From: Macrostomum lignano
Taxonomy: Eukaryota
Length of the DNA stretch: 64,000 nucleotides
Assembly (NCBI GenBank): GCA_002269645.1
Contig: NIVC01000251.1
Coordinates: 124,001 to 188,000, forward strand
Direction of reading: 5' to 3'
Shown here: positions 1 to 10,179 of the stretch, one piece after another
Layout: the number at the start of each line of letters is the position of its first letter
How positions within the stretch are numbered: position 1 is the stretch's first letter
Program-made: the position numbers and the translations under genes
Notes under the pieces: model-generated
Database searches by the model: none
What the model was told of the DNA's origin: nothing
What the model saw: the letters and a program-made list of their open reading frames with translations, nothing else

Positions 1-1199
1 TAATAATTAGCAAGAGCCAATTGAAAGGCTTATCTTTTAAGGAAATTTATTGTTTAATTAGACTTTCTCTTTAGTAACAACGACACAAGTAATCTGACCA
101 AGTTAGTAATTTTAAGGATATTTAGAATTCTTACACTTACACTGCCTTAGGCATTCACTTAACTACTTTAGGAAAATTGGTAGGCCTAAAATTTAACAAT
201 TTTCGAATTTTTTAGCCTAGGGGTGTAAGGTCTAAAAGCCTACTCATTTGACTTTTGTTTAGGTTCTTTTTCATGTTATTGACCTTAACAAAGACAATAT
301 TTTTAAAGTAGGCCTCTAAATTAAGATTTTAAATACTTGTTTAATAATATAAATCTAATCTTAGTCTAAGACTGCGCCTACATAACGATTGTTTATAAAC
401 TCCAATGTTATTTGGTGTAATCATCATCTAAAAACTTTGACAATACAAAGATGAAGATGATTAGGATAATAAAAAACAGAAATAAGACTGGGTTTGCATG
501 GTAGATTTTTTCCGCGAAACAGTGTTCTTCCGTTAATTGTAAAATATGTTCACTATAACAAATCTTAACATACTGAAAAGCATAGGTCTAGTTTAGTAAA
601 AAGCATTTTTTTATTTCTTTTAAGCAAATATTTAATATTTTAAAAAATGTTACATGCTTGTGTTTTTTGCTTTATGTGTAATATTTAAATAATTTACAAG
701 ACTTGCAGGCTAAAAGCAGGCCTGGACTCTGTGCATTCCCGTCTTTGGTCAACATTTTTCATTGCTGCTATCAAATTCTAAAATGCGCTGTGAAGGCTCT
801 TGTATCAATGCTTGAAATCATATATAACTTGCAAATCGGTAATTTTCAAAATTTCTCAGAAGTCAGTTTAGTTTGAAATAAAATAAAACAAAAATAATTA
901 AATATCTACGCAGCCCGGCTCTTTCTCTCATATTATCGGTAGCTAGTAGTAGCTTTGATATTATGTCAAATCAATCTATACAGTTTGGTTTAAAACCATT
1001 ATAAAATTTATTGGAGCAATCTTTGGCCAGCCGAGTTAATGGCATCGATAATCTAAAAAATCAGCCTTAAGGCCAGTCGTAAATACATGTAAATAGACGG
1101 AAGTTGAGAGAGGAAAATGTCGAGGGTTCAGACAATACATGTACGTATAAATATTGTCTGACTGCTAACAGATGTACACCGTTCGGTGCAAGTGTACAA

Positions 1200-1758
1200 T
1201 TACGTTACATAGCAGAGAGAATGCAAATTCACAGCATCATCTCCGTGTAATGCATTTGCGGTGCCGCTTCTTGTTTGCCTGCCGTCTGGCGGTCGTAGTG
1301 TAGTTTATCTAGAATTCATCGGCTGATGTTTCAACGGCTGCCATCGGACAGATTAGACAGAGTGTTGCTCTCGCGTTTGACGACTGTCTGCACTTCGGAG
1401 ACACCATTCACTGCTCAGCTTTAATTTGTGCGCCTCGTCGGCCGGCAGACGCGCACACGGCACTCGACAGTCAGCACTGCGTCCTTCCGCAGCTGCCTCC
1501 GCTTGCACGTCCGGCGGAGGCTTCTGGCCTGCTGCTTTTGCTTCCGTGACACTGCGCCATAGGTCCGTCGCTGAATCAGTACTTGTTGCGTGGTTATTGA
1601 AAACGACCCTCGAAGCAGACGGAGAGCCCTTCGTCCCAGCATCAGTTCAGTCGGCGACTTCTTAGTCAGTACGTGATGGATGACCAATACATCAGCAGCA
1701 GCTTCTGAAGCACGGCCACCTGCTGCACCGGCACGCCAGTATGCAGAGTGGTCTTGAT
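1200..1758 (-). pseudogene. Ty3/Gypsy pol remnant, distal part of integrase (left of the Polinton insertion)
   Basis: Minus strand reads ...HHVLTKKSPTELMLGRR, matching the Gypsy integrase YRxTPHxxTxxSPAELxLGR motif. It is colinear across the CTTGAT TSD with the integrase core at 12615+. The left boundary is approximate. Confidence 0.7.
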
Positions 1759-2400
1759 ACTACGTAATGCGCAGATAACGGTTGATTTTGGAGGTGAGGT
1801 GGGTGTCAGAGCCAATGCAAATTCAACGCCTATCTAAATGCATTAGACCTCTTCTAATTGGTCCAGACCCTCATTATGATTCATGTAAGTCATTATGTGA
1901 GATATTCATGCATGTAACTCTCATGTAAATCTAATTATACATGTAATCAGTGTACATTCCCATTAGTACATTGTGTCGTACAGAAGCGACGACCAGTACA
2001 ATATAGTACGCATAATTAGCGCTTCACCGTAGCAGTTGTTGTACGCAGAAGCGCGCGCGCGCCCAGCCCAGCACAATGCAGCATTGGTGTACGCAGAATT
2101 AACTGTCCATATACCAAAAATTGGCAGAATTAACGTGCGCCGACCCACCCCATAACTGTCCATATTATTACTTGTCCATATTTACTGTCCATCCCAAAAT
2201 TGGTGTACGCGCCGAATTGTAGCGCCCGCCCACCCCATAGCTGTTCGATCATACCCAAAATTGGTGTACGCGCAGAATTAGAGCCCACCCTTCCAAGAAA
2301 ATATTTTGTCGCCCCTCACAATTAATTGGCGGCCCCACGCGGAGACATGATGAGTCAGCCGCTGTAAATCACTGCTGTCCACACTGTTATATCCACCCCT
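1759..2400 (+). repeat. Left terminal inverted repeat of Polinton-1
   Basis: Inverted homology to 12121-12614, with indels. Contains repeated (CCAAAA)TTGGTGTACGC-CAGAATT units. Confidence 0.9.
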
Positions 2401-2545
2401 TCCAAACTTCACTCTCTAGAATTCTGCCCTCGTCGACACTCCGAGACAATTACGTCATCCCCCAACCCCCTCTCCCAAATAAGTTTTCAAAAGGCGTATA
2501 TATATATTTACACAAAAAGCCGGCCGAGCTTTGATACGTATATAT

Positions 2546-3196
2546 TTATTTAGCATACACAATTGGGTGACGACCCAAAACGTTTGAATAATAGCGAGCA
2601 GGAGCATTTTGCAAACAGTTTACAATCAAGTATGAGTAGGGGTCGCGAGTAGCATCCTCATACGTTTTGACAAAACTTTTTGGATTAGTGGGGACCAGCT
2701 GCCTTGCAATATGAGACACTGTGCTGGCATCCCATACATTGCGGAATAAAACAAGGTAGTTCGAATTGAGCGACTGAGTTCGGTGCTCCTTACCCTTTGC
2801 AAACAGGTTTTGCACAAGATACCAAAGTCGGAACCCCACGTGGGAGACTTTGCGCGTGAAAAAAGTTGTAAAAGCGCCACTCTTTTCCATGGCATGCATT
2901 TGGTCGTCGACGACAAGCAGAATATTTGGTTCAGGGACATATTGTTCAGGATCAAATGTACACGAACGAAAATTTACAGGGTACGGCAATTCAAACAGTT
3001 CAGGATCCGGATAGTGGCCAAACCAGTCTACGCGAATCGGCTTCGGATCTTGAAAAAATTCTTGTCTCAATAGGTTTTTCACAAGTGTGGTCTTGCCGCT
3101 TTGAGCCACCCCAGCAAAAATTGCCGACGTTTTGGGGGCAAATTTTAAAGAGTCGGGGTCTATTGTTTGATACATTTTGATAGGCAGCCCAATCAT
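2546..3196 (-). CDS. A32/FtsK-like DNA packaging ATPase
   Basis: Walker A AGVAQSGKTT, Walker B LLVVDD, and FTRKVSH..LVQNLF..RTQSLNSNYLVLFRN, typical of Polinton/NCLDV A32-like ATPases. Confidence 0.92.
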   Translation of the reverse strand: MIGLPIKMYQTIDPDSLKFAPKTSAIFAGVAQSGKTTLVKNLLRQEFFQDPKPIRVDWFGHYPDPELFELPYPVNFRSCTFDPEQYVPEPNILLVVDDQMHAMEKSGAFTTFFTRKVSHVGFRLWYLVQNLFAKGKEHRTQSLNSNYLVLFRNVWDASTVSHIARQLVPTNPKSFVKTYEDATRDPYSYLIVNCLQNAPARYYSNVLGRHPIVYAK

Positions 3197-3198
3197 AT

Positions 3199-4354
3199 TT
3201 ATGGATGATGCTGCTTTATTTGTAGACAGTGATTCTGCACCATCAAGTCGTTCTCGTAAAGATTTGTGCTATAACAGTCGCGCAATATTTTTTCAATTGA
3301 CAGACCCTCCAGAAAGTGTTTTTCAGCCACAAATATTACATGAGCCCCGCAGGTCACACTCAGCGGATGCTGTACAGGATGCCGGTTCATGGCCACCTCC
3401 ACAGGGACATACTTTGCGATCCACAACTTTAATAAATCTGGCACAGGATTGATACACAAGGGGTCAAAAAATGTCACGCTCTCATCGGCATGAAGACAAC
3501 AAGGACGACTTAAGTAGAAGGACGGGAAACCTCGTTTCTTAGAAAATTTTTGAAGGCACTTTTTCCCGAAAAAATACACTGCGGAGATAGGAAATTTTCA
3601 TTTTTTCAGCACAAAAATTGCTATAACTTTTGATAGGAGGCAGATCCAGTGTTGATCTTTTGATATGTTGTGCCTTTTTTATTGCTCTATCGATATTTAT
3701 AAAGCTTTCCGTTCAGAAAATTAGGATTCTATGTTAATTTTTTATTCTACGTATATTTTCATGTGTCTTGTGCTTGAAATACATTAGAATGCCACGGCTC
3801 GGCTCTTTAGCTTCATGAGTCTATTTTATCATTCTTACCCGACTGTGTAGCAAATAGTCGTAACACAGATGATAAAATAGATTCATAAAACCAAATATTA
3901 GAGCTGTGTCATGCATTTTTGTGATTTTTAGATACAGGAAATGTACGTAGAATAAAAAATTAACATAGAATCCTAATTTTCTGAACGGAAAGCTTTATAA
4001 ATATCGATAGAGCAATAAAAAAGGCACAACATATCAAAAGATCAACACTGGATCTGCCTCCTATCAAAAGTTATAGCAATTTTTGTGCTGAAAAAATGAA
4101 AATTTCCTATCTCCGCAGTGTATTTTTTCGGGAAAAAGTGCCTTCAAAAATTTTCTAAGAAACGAGGTTTCCCGTCCTTCTACTTAAGTCGTCCTTGGAA
4201 GACAAATTAAAGCCCAGCGAGTGCCTGGTAGATTGCCAGTGTCAAAGTTAATCACGTATGCAGCAGGATAAACAGGCTGCGGAATCCTATCAACTGGTGT
4301 TACTCGAACAGGGACAGGTAGTATTAGACGTTCTAATATATCTAGACTATTCAT
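3199..4354 (-). pseudogene. Adenain-like (C5) cysteine maturation protease interrupted by a MITE
   Basis: Removing 3500-4197 plus one TSD restores a 149-aa ORF: MNSLDILERL...YPAAYVINFDTGNLPGTRWALICLHADESVTFFDPL...QHPLSVTCGAHV. The expected PGxHW motif reads PGTRW. Confidence 0.85.
3500..4197. mobile_element. 698-bp foldback MITE (hAT- or P-like termini)
   Basis: Near-palindromic along its whole length. Termini CAAGGACGACTTAAG...CTTAAGTCGTCCTTG; 8-bp TSD GAAGACAA at 3492-3499 and 4198-4205. Confidence 0.92.
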
Positions 4355-4373
4355 ATCGGCATGAATATGGTCG

Positions 4374-5686
4374 TTATTCGAGAATAAAAAAGAGATGTTT
4401 GTTTCTACACGAGTCTAGAATAACCTGACGACCGCGAGTGATTTGCACAGTATTGTCAAAGTAGCCAAACACCAACACGTTGATTCCTGCGGCCAAGGCA
4501 GCAGAAAACTTTATTTGTAGCGTCAGATTCCCTCGCTCGCGAGGCATGCTATGCCCGCCCAGCTCCATGTCGGGCATGAGATTCCAGGCGAAGAAGCAGT
4601 AGCCAGCTCCATAGTCGGAATATGATACGTCAATATCCAGGTCCCGATTCATCTTTCCTAGGCTTTTTAGTAGCATGGCATACTCGCGAGCATAGTTATG
4701 AACACCGAATCGAGGAGTAAACGGTTGTCCACACAGACTGACTCCGTCCTTATACAGAGCGACACTGTCGGCACCAAACGGTTCAAAATTAAACGGGTTA
4801 TGTGTAGCCACACCGTTGTATGCGCCGCTGTTCACCATGCCAACAACCACTAGTTTAGGCTTTTGTTCAGGAAATATATTGTTGATTGACATGTCCCGAA
4901 CACCGCCAGCCACTGAAGTATTGTGCACAACAAGTCGCTCAATCGGATAGATTGCATTCTGTTTGCCTAGTTGTTCTTCAATCTCCAATGCCAATTGGGG
5001 GTTTGCCTTGACGCGGCGCACATGTAGTTTGGCACTCTCGAGTACCAGCCGCGCATCAACCCCGTCCGCGTGGTTTTCCAGAACGAAGCCGGAATTGTGC
5101 ATGGTCAGCGTAATTACCATATCAGTGTATGGCAGTAGCATTCGGTCGTTGGTAACAAAAAAGTCTAAACTAAGAGGTCCATAAAGGTGAAAGGTGCGTG
5201 AGTTTGCCGCCATCGCCTTGCGGGCTACAAAGCCAGGATTTCCAACCACAGCCATTTGACCTCCAGCGTCCTTTGCGTAGCCCATCATTCTCAGTTGGTT
5301 GGTTTTTGAATCGTGTCCGTAATTCAAACACGTGCGAATATAGGCCTTGTAAGCGTGGTTGTTATTGCTCGACTCTACGTGTGTCCCGTTGATTGTCAAC
5401 GTGACGTTTTTAAACATGCTTTCAAGGACGTAATTGACCGGCGCAACATTCGAATCAGCAGCAAGATTTGTACCATTAGACTGCTTAACGCGGGCCTTAA
5501 TCTCGAGGTCAATGTCGTTAAGATCGATAAACGTCTCACCACCAACAATCCTAAATTCGACCACGCTGGCATTTTCAACACTGGCAACAGGGTGAACTTC
5601 TTCAGTGGTGCGCTAATTGCAGCAATTTGGTGTGCGCGAGGAGCAAATAGCTCGAATTCCGACTTTGTACACAGGCACTCAGTCAT
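4374..5686 (-). pseudogene. Major capsid protein (double jelly-roll, Polinton/adintovirus hexon-like) with one frameshift near 5612
   Basis: N-terminus MTECLCTKSEFELF (Polinton KSELDLF motif) is in one frame; the 396-aa body (EEVHPVASVENASVVEFRIVG..., PKLVVVGMV, NPFNFEPF, YCFFAWNLMPD) is in another. One missing base restores the frame. Confidence 0.85.
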
Positions 5687-5729
5687 TTTTCTTTCAACAG
5701 CGGCTTAGTGTGGTGCTCTAATAGACAGA

Positions 5730-6098
5730 TCAGTTATTGGCACGGGTTTTTTTATTTATAGAGTCGAAAATATCAGAATGCTGCAGTCTTTTTCTCGTTT
5801 TTTTGTTAGTCATCTTTCTTCGTCTTTGTCTGCCGCTACCTCGTTGTGCGACTGTGTCCTTGAAAGCATCTTTAGCTGCCTGGACAGAGTTACGCAATGC
5901 CGCTTCTTTCAAGTTCCCGCCTTGATCGAGTGTGTCGCTAACTGTTGTAGCTAGGGCTCGTGTTCCGTGGCGAAGAATATTTTTGCCAAAACTCTTTAAA
6001 ATTGGCAGGGCAAATCGGGCAATGCTGCCAAACAGGCCGTTGCCGCGCTGTGCACCGGAAAATACCGGTAAAGCTCCTCCGATCAAGATTGAAGGCAT
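5730..6098 (-). CDS. Small basic putative virion core/membrane-active protein with adenain-type cleavage motifs
   Basis: LIGG^A matches the adenain (M/L/I)xGG^x consensus. Also QRGNG and QRGSG motifs, an amphipathic FGSIARFALPILKSFG segment and a basic C-terminus. Lies between MCP and penton. Confidence 0.6.
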   Translation of the reverse strand: MPSILIGGALPVFSGAQRGNGLFGSIARFALPILKSFGKNILRHGTRALATTVSDTLDQGGNLKEAALRNSVQAAKDAFKDTVAQRGSGRQRRRKMTNKKTRKRLQHSDIFDSINKKTRANN

Positions 6099-6138
6099 AT
6101 TGTCGATCAGTTGCTACCTTTTATTCGTGAAAACTTCT

Positions 6139-7296
6139 TTATTTATAGCTTAATTTCACGAATGTTGATCGATAAAACAGTTTTGCCTCGAAGAATCGAT
6201 CCATTAACTTGCCCATATCGTCACAGATTTGCACCTCAATGGTTTTGAATGGGTGTTTCACCAACGGTAAGTAGGATGGATTGACAAACTCGTAGTACTC
6301 TCGTTCGCCGTATACCTTTTCATTCAAAGGAATTGCCCCAAGCAGGGGGACTTTGACGTCTCCAACAATGGCAGAGTCGACAATATTTGAATAGATGTAC
6401 ATAGTTTGTACACCATTTGTTAAATCGATTGGTCGTTTAGCGGTCTTTGGAGTTTCATTGAAAACATCTTCGCGAAAGCCGAGAATGGCAGCAAGCTCTC
6501 CAATGTCGAATAAAATGTTTTCAATGGGTTTGTACTCACACCGGTTCAGAAAAGGGTTGTAGCGGAATGCATCCACTCTCGTCGCTGGACTTATTGGGAG
6601 CTTTGAAACGACGCCCCAAAGCGCTCCATTAACATAATTTAAGAGCTCATCAGGCGTGCGGTAGAATCCTTTAGCAATCCGCAGTGACGTTCTAGAAGGC
6701 CAGACACTCTTTTCAAACGTTAGAGTCATCGGACTCTCTATGGAGGAGGAGGACTCCAATTCTATAGCGAATACTAACGAATTTCTTGGGTTTAATAAAA
6801 AAGTCGTTACTTCGATATTTGATTTATTTCCAGCGTCATCAACCTTTTTAAACATGCTACGCACATTACTGGACAGCCTAATGTTCGCACCATACCATGA
6901 TTTGTTCACAATTGAAATTTGGCCTTCCTGTGAACGCTCAATGCAAATCATCGCATTATCGTCTTGCTCATATTTTAGATCGGCGATGATTGCATCAACC
7001 ACTTCGTTGGCTGTTGATAGCCCCGCGGCGAGAGAAACCGACGCAAACTGTTTATACGTGGAGGCGGGTTTTTCTCTCACCTCAATGTCAATCACTTCAT
7101 CCTCGGGAGCGTTGGTCAGGACATCAACCATTCGATTATCGGGGACGGTTTTGAATTCTTTACAAAAGTAGATCCGTTCGATGCAGACTTCATGATTCGG
7201 AAAGTGGAGGGTGTCGGGCAAATTAATGCTATAATGTGCCGAATTATTCTCAGGATAGTGCTCAACGCACGCATTGCTAGGTAGGAATAGATGCAT
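6139..7296 (-). CDS. Minor capsid protein (penton-like)
   Basis: N-terminal LFLPSN..YPENN..YSINLP and C-terminal MYIYSNIV..VGDVKVPLL..NPSYLP..TIEVQICD, characteristic of Polinton minor capsid proteins. Confidence 0.85.
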   Translation of the reverse strand: MHLFLPSNACVEHYPENNSAHYSINLPDTLHFPNHEVCIERIYFCKEFKTVPDNRMVDVLTNAPEDEVIDIEVREKPASTYKQFASVSLAAGLSTANEVVDAIIADLKYEQDDNAMICIERSQEGQISIVNKSWYGANIRLSSNVRSMFKKVDDAGNKSNIEVTTFLLNPRNSLVFAIELESSSSIESPMTLTFEKSVWPSRTSLRIAKGFYRTPDELLNYVNGALWGVVSKLPISPATRVDAFRYNPFLNRCEYKPIENILFDIGELAAILGFREDVFNETPKTAKRPIDLTNGVQTMYIYSNIVDSAIVGDVKVPLLGAIPLNEKVYGEREYYEFVNPSYLPLVKHPFKTIEVQICDDMGKLMDRFFEAKLFYRSTFVKLSYK

Positions 7297-7330
7297 TGTA
7301 ATATACTACACGTTTCGAGTGTATGTGTGT

Positions 7331-8404
7331 TCATCCTTGTCTTATATTTATAACTTCCTCAACTGGTACAAATGCATTGAACGACTCGGGATAGCCGCGC
7401 CAACTAACGAAATGATGAGCGACACCATTGATGATGACATTGCGACGCAGAATTTTGTCTATAACAAAGCGGTCCGGTCGAACCGTCTTTGAAAGTTCAT
7501 TATAGTAGAATCGACCCTCGATTTGTTCTCCAGATAGGTCGGAAATGCGATAAAAATGAGGCGGTCCCGGGCATACTTGAGACACAACGTAAACTTCTTC
7601 GCTGTACATATCGTATGCTTCCTTGTCAAAGGCTCGACGAGATTTTGAAATTCTGACAAAGTCCCCTTTTTGGTAAACTGGTTCATCATATTCAGGATCC
7701 TTGTAGAGCTTTTCCCACAATTCTTTTTGATTGTGCAGACCGACACTCGAAGGTTTCATATCAATAGTAGAGTGTACTGTGTTGTTGTAACTTTTAACCA
7801 ATATTGGCAAATAGTCGATCCAACGCCACGTGTTTTTATGCTCAAAGTAGCGAGCTAAACGTTTTCGGAGAGTCCTAATCAGCCTTTCAGCCATATTTGC
7901 CTTGTATACAGAGTTTGTACTGTACATTTTGATATTATGGGCTTTCAGTAAGTTCTGCATGCGATTGTTATAAAACTCGGTACCTCGATCAACGTGTAGA
8001 TATAAAGGCTTAATGGGGAAGTCTTTGATCATGCTTTCAAAAGCCTTTGGAGTGTCGCTTTTCAATTTTATTGACTGACAAAAAGCCAATTTACTAAGCA
8101 CGTCAATTGCAACTAGAATATATCGATGACCATCATTCCATTGTTCGTATCGCGACATGTCCATCAAATCCGCTTGCACAGTTTCCATGAAGCCTCCCGA
8201 CATTACTTTTCCGGTTCGGAATTTTCTTTTAACCCTCTTGTGCCGGGTGTAGCTCGATTGGGTCTTCAGCCATTCGTCGGTTTGGCGTCTCGTCAGGGAG
8301 GGGACCAGCCGTTTGGCCTCCTGATATACACGGGCAGCATTTGTAAAAGCGGCGTCCCCCTGTTCGTACACTCTCCGAAGAGCGGTTTTCACCCTCATTC
8401 GCAA
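7331..8404 (-). CDS. Retroviral-like (rve) DDE integrase with C-terminal chromodomain-like region
   Basis: QADLMDM, AIDVLSK, HVDRGTEF, AERLIRTLR; C-terminal IDKILRR..FVSWRGYPESFN. Open frame of 357 aa. Confidence 0.93.
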   Translation of the reverse strand: MRMRVKTALRRVYEQGDAAFTNAARVYQEAKRLVPSLTRRQTDEWLKTQSSYTRHKRVKRKFRTGKVMSGGFMETVQADLMDMSRYEQWNDGHRYILVAIDVLSKLAFCQSIKLKSDTPKAFESMIKDFPIKPLYLHVDRGTEFYNNRMQNLLKAHNIKMYSTNSVYKANMAERLIRTLRKRLARYFEHKNTWRWIDYLPILVKSYNNTVHSTIDMKPSSVGLHNQKELWEKLYKDPEYDEPVYQKGDFVRISKSRRAFDKEAYDMYSEEVYVVSQVCPGPPHFYRISDLSGEQIEGRFYYNELSKTVRPDRFVIDKILRRNVIINGVAHHFVSWRGYPESFNAFVPVEEVINIRQG

Positions 8405-8535
8405 CTAGATTCGATGCACAGCATGAGTAATTACACTTGAACTCCACAGACGGTTTGTCTGAGCAAAGCTTTGAAGTTACAGCTGCGGCACCCATGATCC
8501 AAAAACAGATTATAAATCATGAAAATGATTTCTAT

Positions 8536-9210
8536 TTATAGTTTTTTTAACGTCTCGTATTTTACTGCTGGTTTCTGCCGCCTCTTTGGTTCGCGAAGTT
8601 GGTATGAAGCATGCCTGTAGGCATCGCTGCCACGATCTTCATATTTTTTAATTTCATTCAGGCCACTGGCTTGGTCTTTGTGGAAGTCGTTGTAGAAATC
8701 ATTAGTTCCAATTGCTTGCTCGACTAAAAAATCGTCTCGATCCGGATCCGTGCCGACTTCTTTTTTCACACTGACTTCTTCTTGTTGGCGTCGTCCTAGT
8801 AGAGCTTTTGCAATATCTGCCTCTTCGGCCAGGGCCCAAAAAGCGGTACTATATTTTGGGCTTGGGCGGTCGCGCCTTTCATTCGATGTAATCTCCTTCA
8901 ATAGATCGAAAATATTGCTTCCTGGCCAGGTTTTTCCATCAAATACAATTTCCCACGACTTGTTGTACTCCAAATTTGGGTATCTTTCTGTCAGCATGTC
9001 CCAAACACGTTGTTGTCGTTCAGGAAAACGATTACTCTTCTTTTGCTTGATCTGACTTAGTTTATTTTGGAGTTGAGTGTTGTATTCAATGAGTTTTTCA
9101 TATTCTGTTTTGGATGCAATTTCTCGGGGTGCGCCTTGACTTAGTCTATTAAATTCTTCTTCTGGTACAACAACGTATTTATTCATTTTAGCGACCAAGT
9201 AGTCCGCCAA
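8536..9210 (-). CDS. Conserved Polinton-type hypothetical protein
   Basis: 224-aa ORF. KYVVVPEE start and GSNIFDLL motif resemble uncharacterised Polinton ORFs as I recall them; recognition by eye only. Confidence 0.55.
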   Translation of the reverse strand: MADYLVAKMNKYVVVPEEEFNRLSQGAPREIASKTEYEKLIEYNTQLQNKLSQIKQKKSNRFPERQQRVWDMLTERYPNLEYNKSWEIVFDGKTWPGSNIFDLLKEITSNERRDRPSPKYSTAFWALAEEADIAKALLGRRQQEEVSVKKEVGTDPDRDDFLVEQAIGTNDFYNDFHKDQASGLNEIKKYEDRGSDAYRHASYQLREPKRRQKPAVKYETLKKL

Positions 9211-9544
9211 ACAGGCTTGATATTAGCGGTGCAGCAACAGATGCAAGGATGGGTAGAAAACCACCGACTTGAGGATTCGAGAGAAGCATATTCTTCTTCC
9301 TATTTATAGACAATTTTGTGTCTGCCAATTCACGCAACGATCTTCTGTATCGCTTTAATCGCAGATACTGTTTCGGAGAAAGATCGATATTTCCCCGGAG
9401 CACGTTGTGACTCAATTCACAGAGACAATGAATCAGTTCCTTGCCTGCACCTCGAATAATGGCCCGCCGAAGAGTGGGACGGGCTTTGGCGAGCTCTGCG
9501 AGCTCGCCGCGACAAGAACATAGTCTGGAGATTCCGTTTGTCAT
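9188..9544 (-). CDS. Small basic protein ending in QVGG^FLPIL amphipathic peptide (putative protease-matured virion protein)
   Basis: CELSHNVLRGNI..KRYRRSLRELA..QVGGFLPILASVAAPLISSLFGG. The start at MTNGIS is assumed; the ORF track extends to 9634. Confidence 0.6.
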   Translation of the reverse strand: MTNGISRLCSCRGELAELAKARPTLRRAIIRGAGKELIHCLCELSHNVLRGNIDLSPKQYLRLKRYRRSLRELADTKLSINRKKNMLLSNPQVGGFLPILASVAAPLISSLFGGLLGR

Positions 9545-9681
9545 TTTGTTTAGCAAAGATGTTGTTGCAGTGCACCGCAATTTATGCACAATATATTTAT
9601 AGACAATTTCATAGCAGCTTGTACGTACATACAAATTCGGTACAGTGGTAAAACAGTAAAGTTACGCAACAGCTACATGGA

Positions 9682-10160
9682 TTAGACATGCAAAACGCTA
9701 GTCACATGATCGTACATTTGACAGAGCTCTTTAAAGTTTCGTATTCCAAGGAAAACAAGGCGGCCATTCTTTCCGCATAATAAACATTTAGCATTGCGAA
9801 ATGGAGACTTTATTACTATTCCATTGAAAACTTCACACTCCCACTTCACCCAGCGGGACCCGGAGTATGCAATTTGGAAAAAGTTTGGCCATCTGTCTAC
9901 TTCAGCGCGGTAAGTACTAGTGGTAACAACAACAGAAATTGGTTTACATTGAGGAAAAAGACGCAAAACTTGGTTGATGAGCGACAACCGAATACAATTG
10001 CAGACAAAGAACGCTGAAAAAAGTTGATTGTACATTTTCCTATTCGCAAATTGATAAGAGCTCTTGGTCTGCGAAATGTCCGTGCGCTCGCCCAGTCCAA
10101 GTCAGGCATGCGGCTCCATTTCGCGCAAAACACTCGGTTCACACACTCGACGTTCTGCAA
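9682..10160 (-). pseudogene. Divergent TATA-binding-protein (TBP)-fold gene, frameshifted near 9980
   Basis: Repeat 1: [14 protein letters not shown] and ALINLRIGKCTINFF..AIVFGCRS align with TBP NIVSTVNLGCKLDL and AAVIMRI..TTALIF..MVCTGAKS. Repeat 2: [43 protein letters not shown] aligns with [43 protein letters not shown]. No in-frame ATG at the 5' end. Confidence 0.65.
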
Positions 10161-10179
10161 GTAGATTTTTCGGCAGTTT

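Noticed and set aside
1751-1758. Alternative 8-bp TSD GTCTTGAT for Polinton-1
   Set aside because: It would leave asymmetric ends. The 6-bp reading gives perfect TIR termini and matches Polinton biology.
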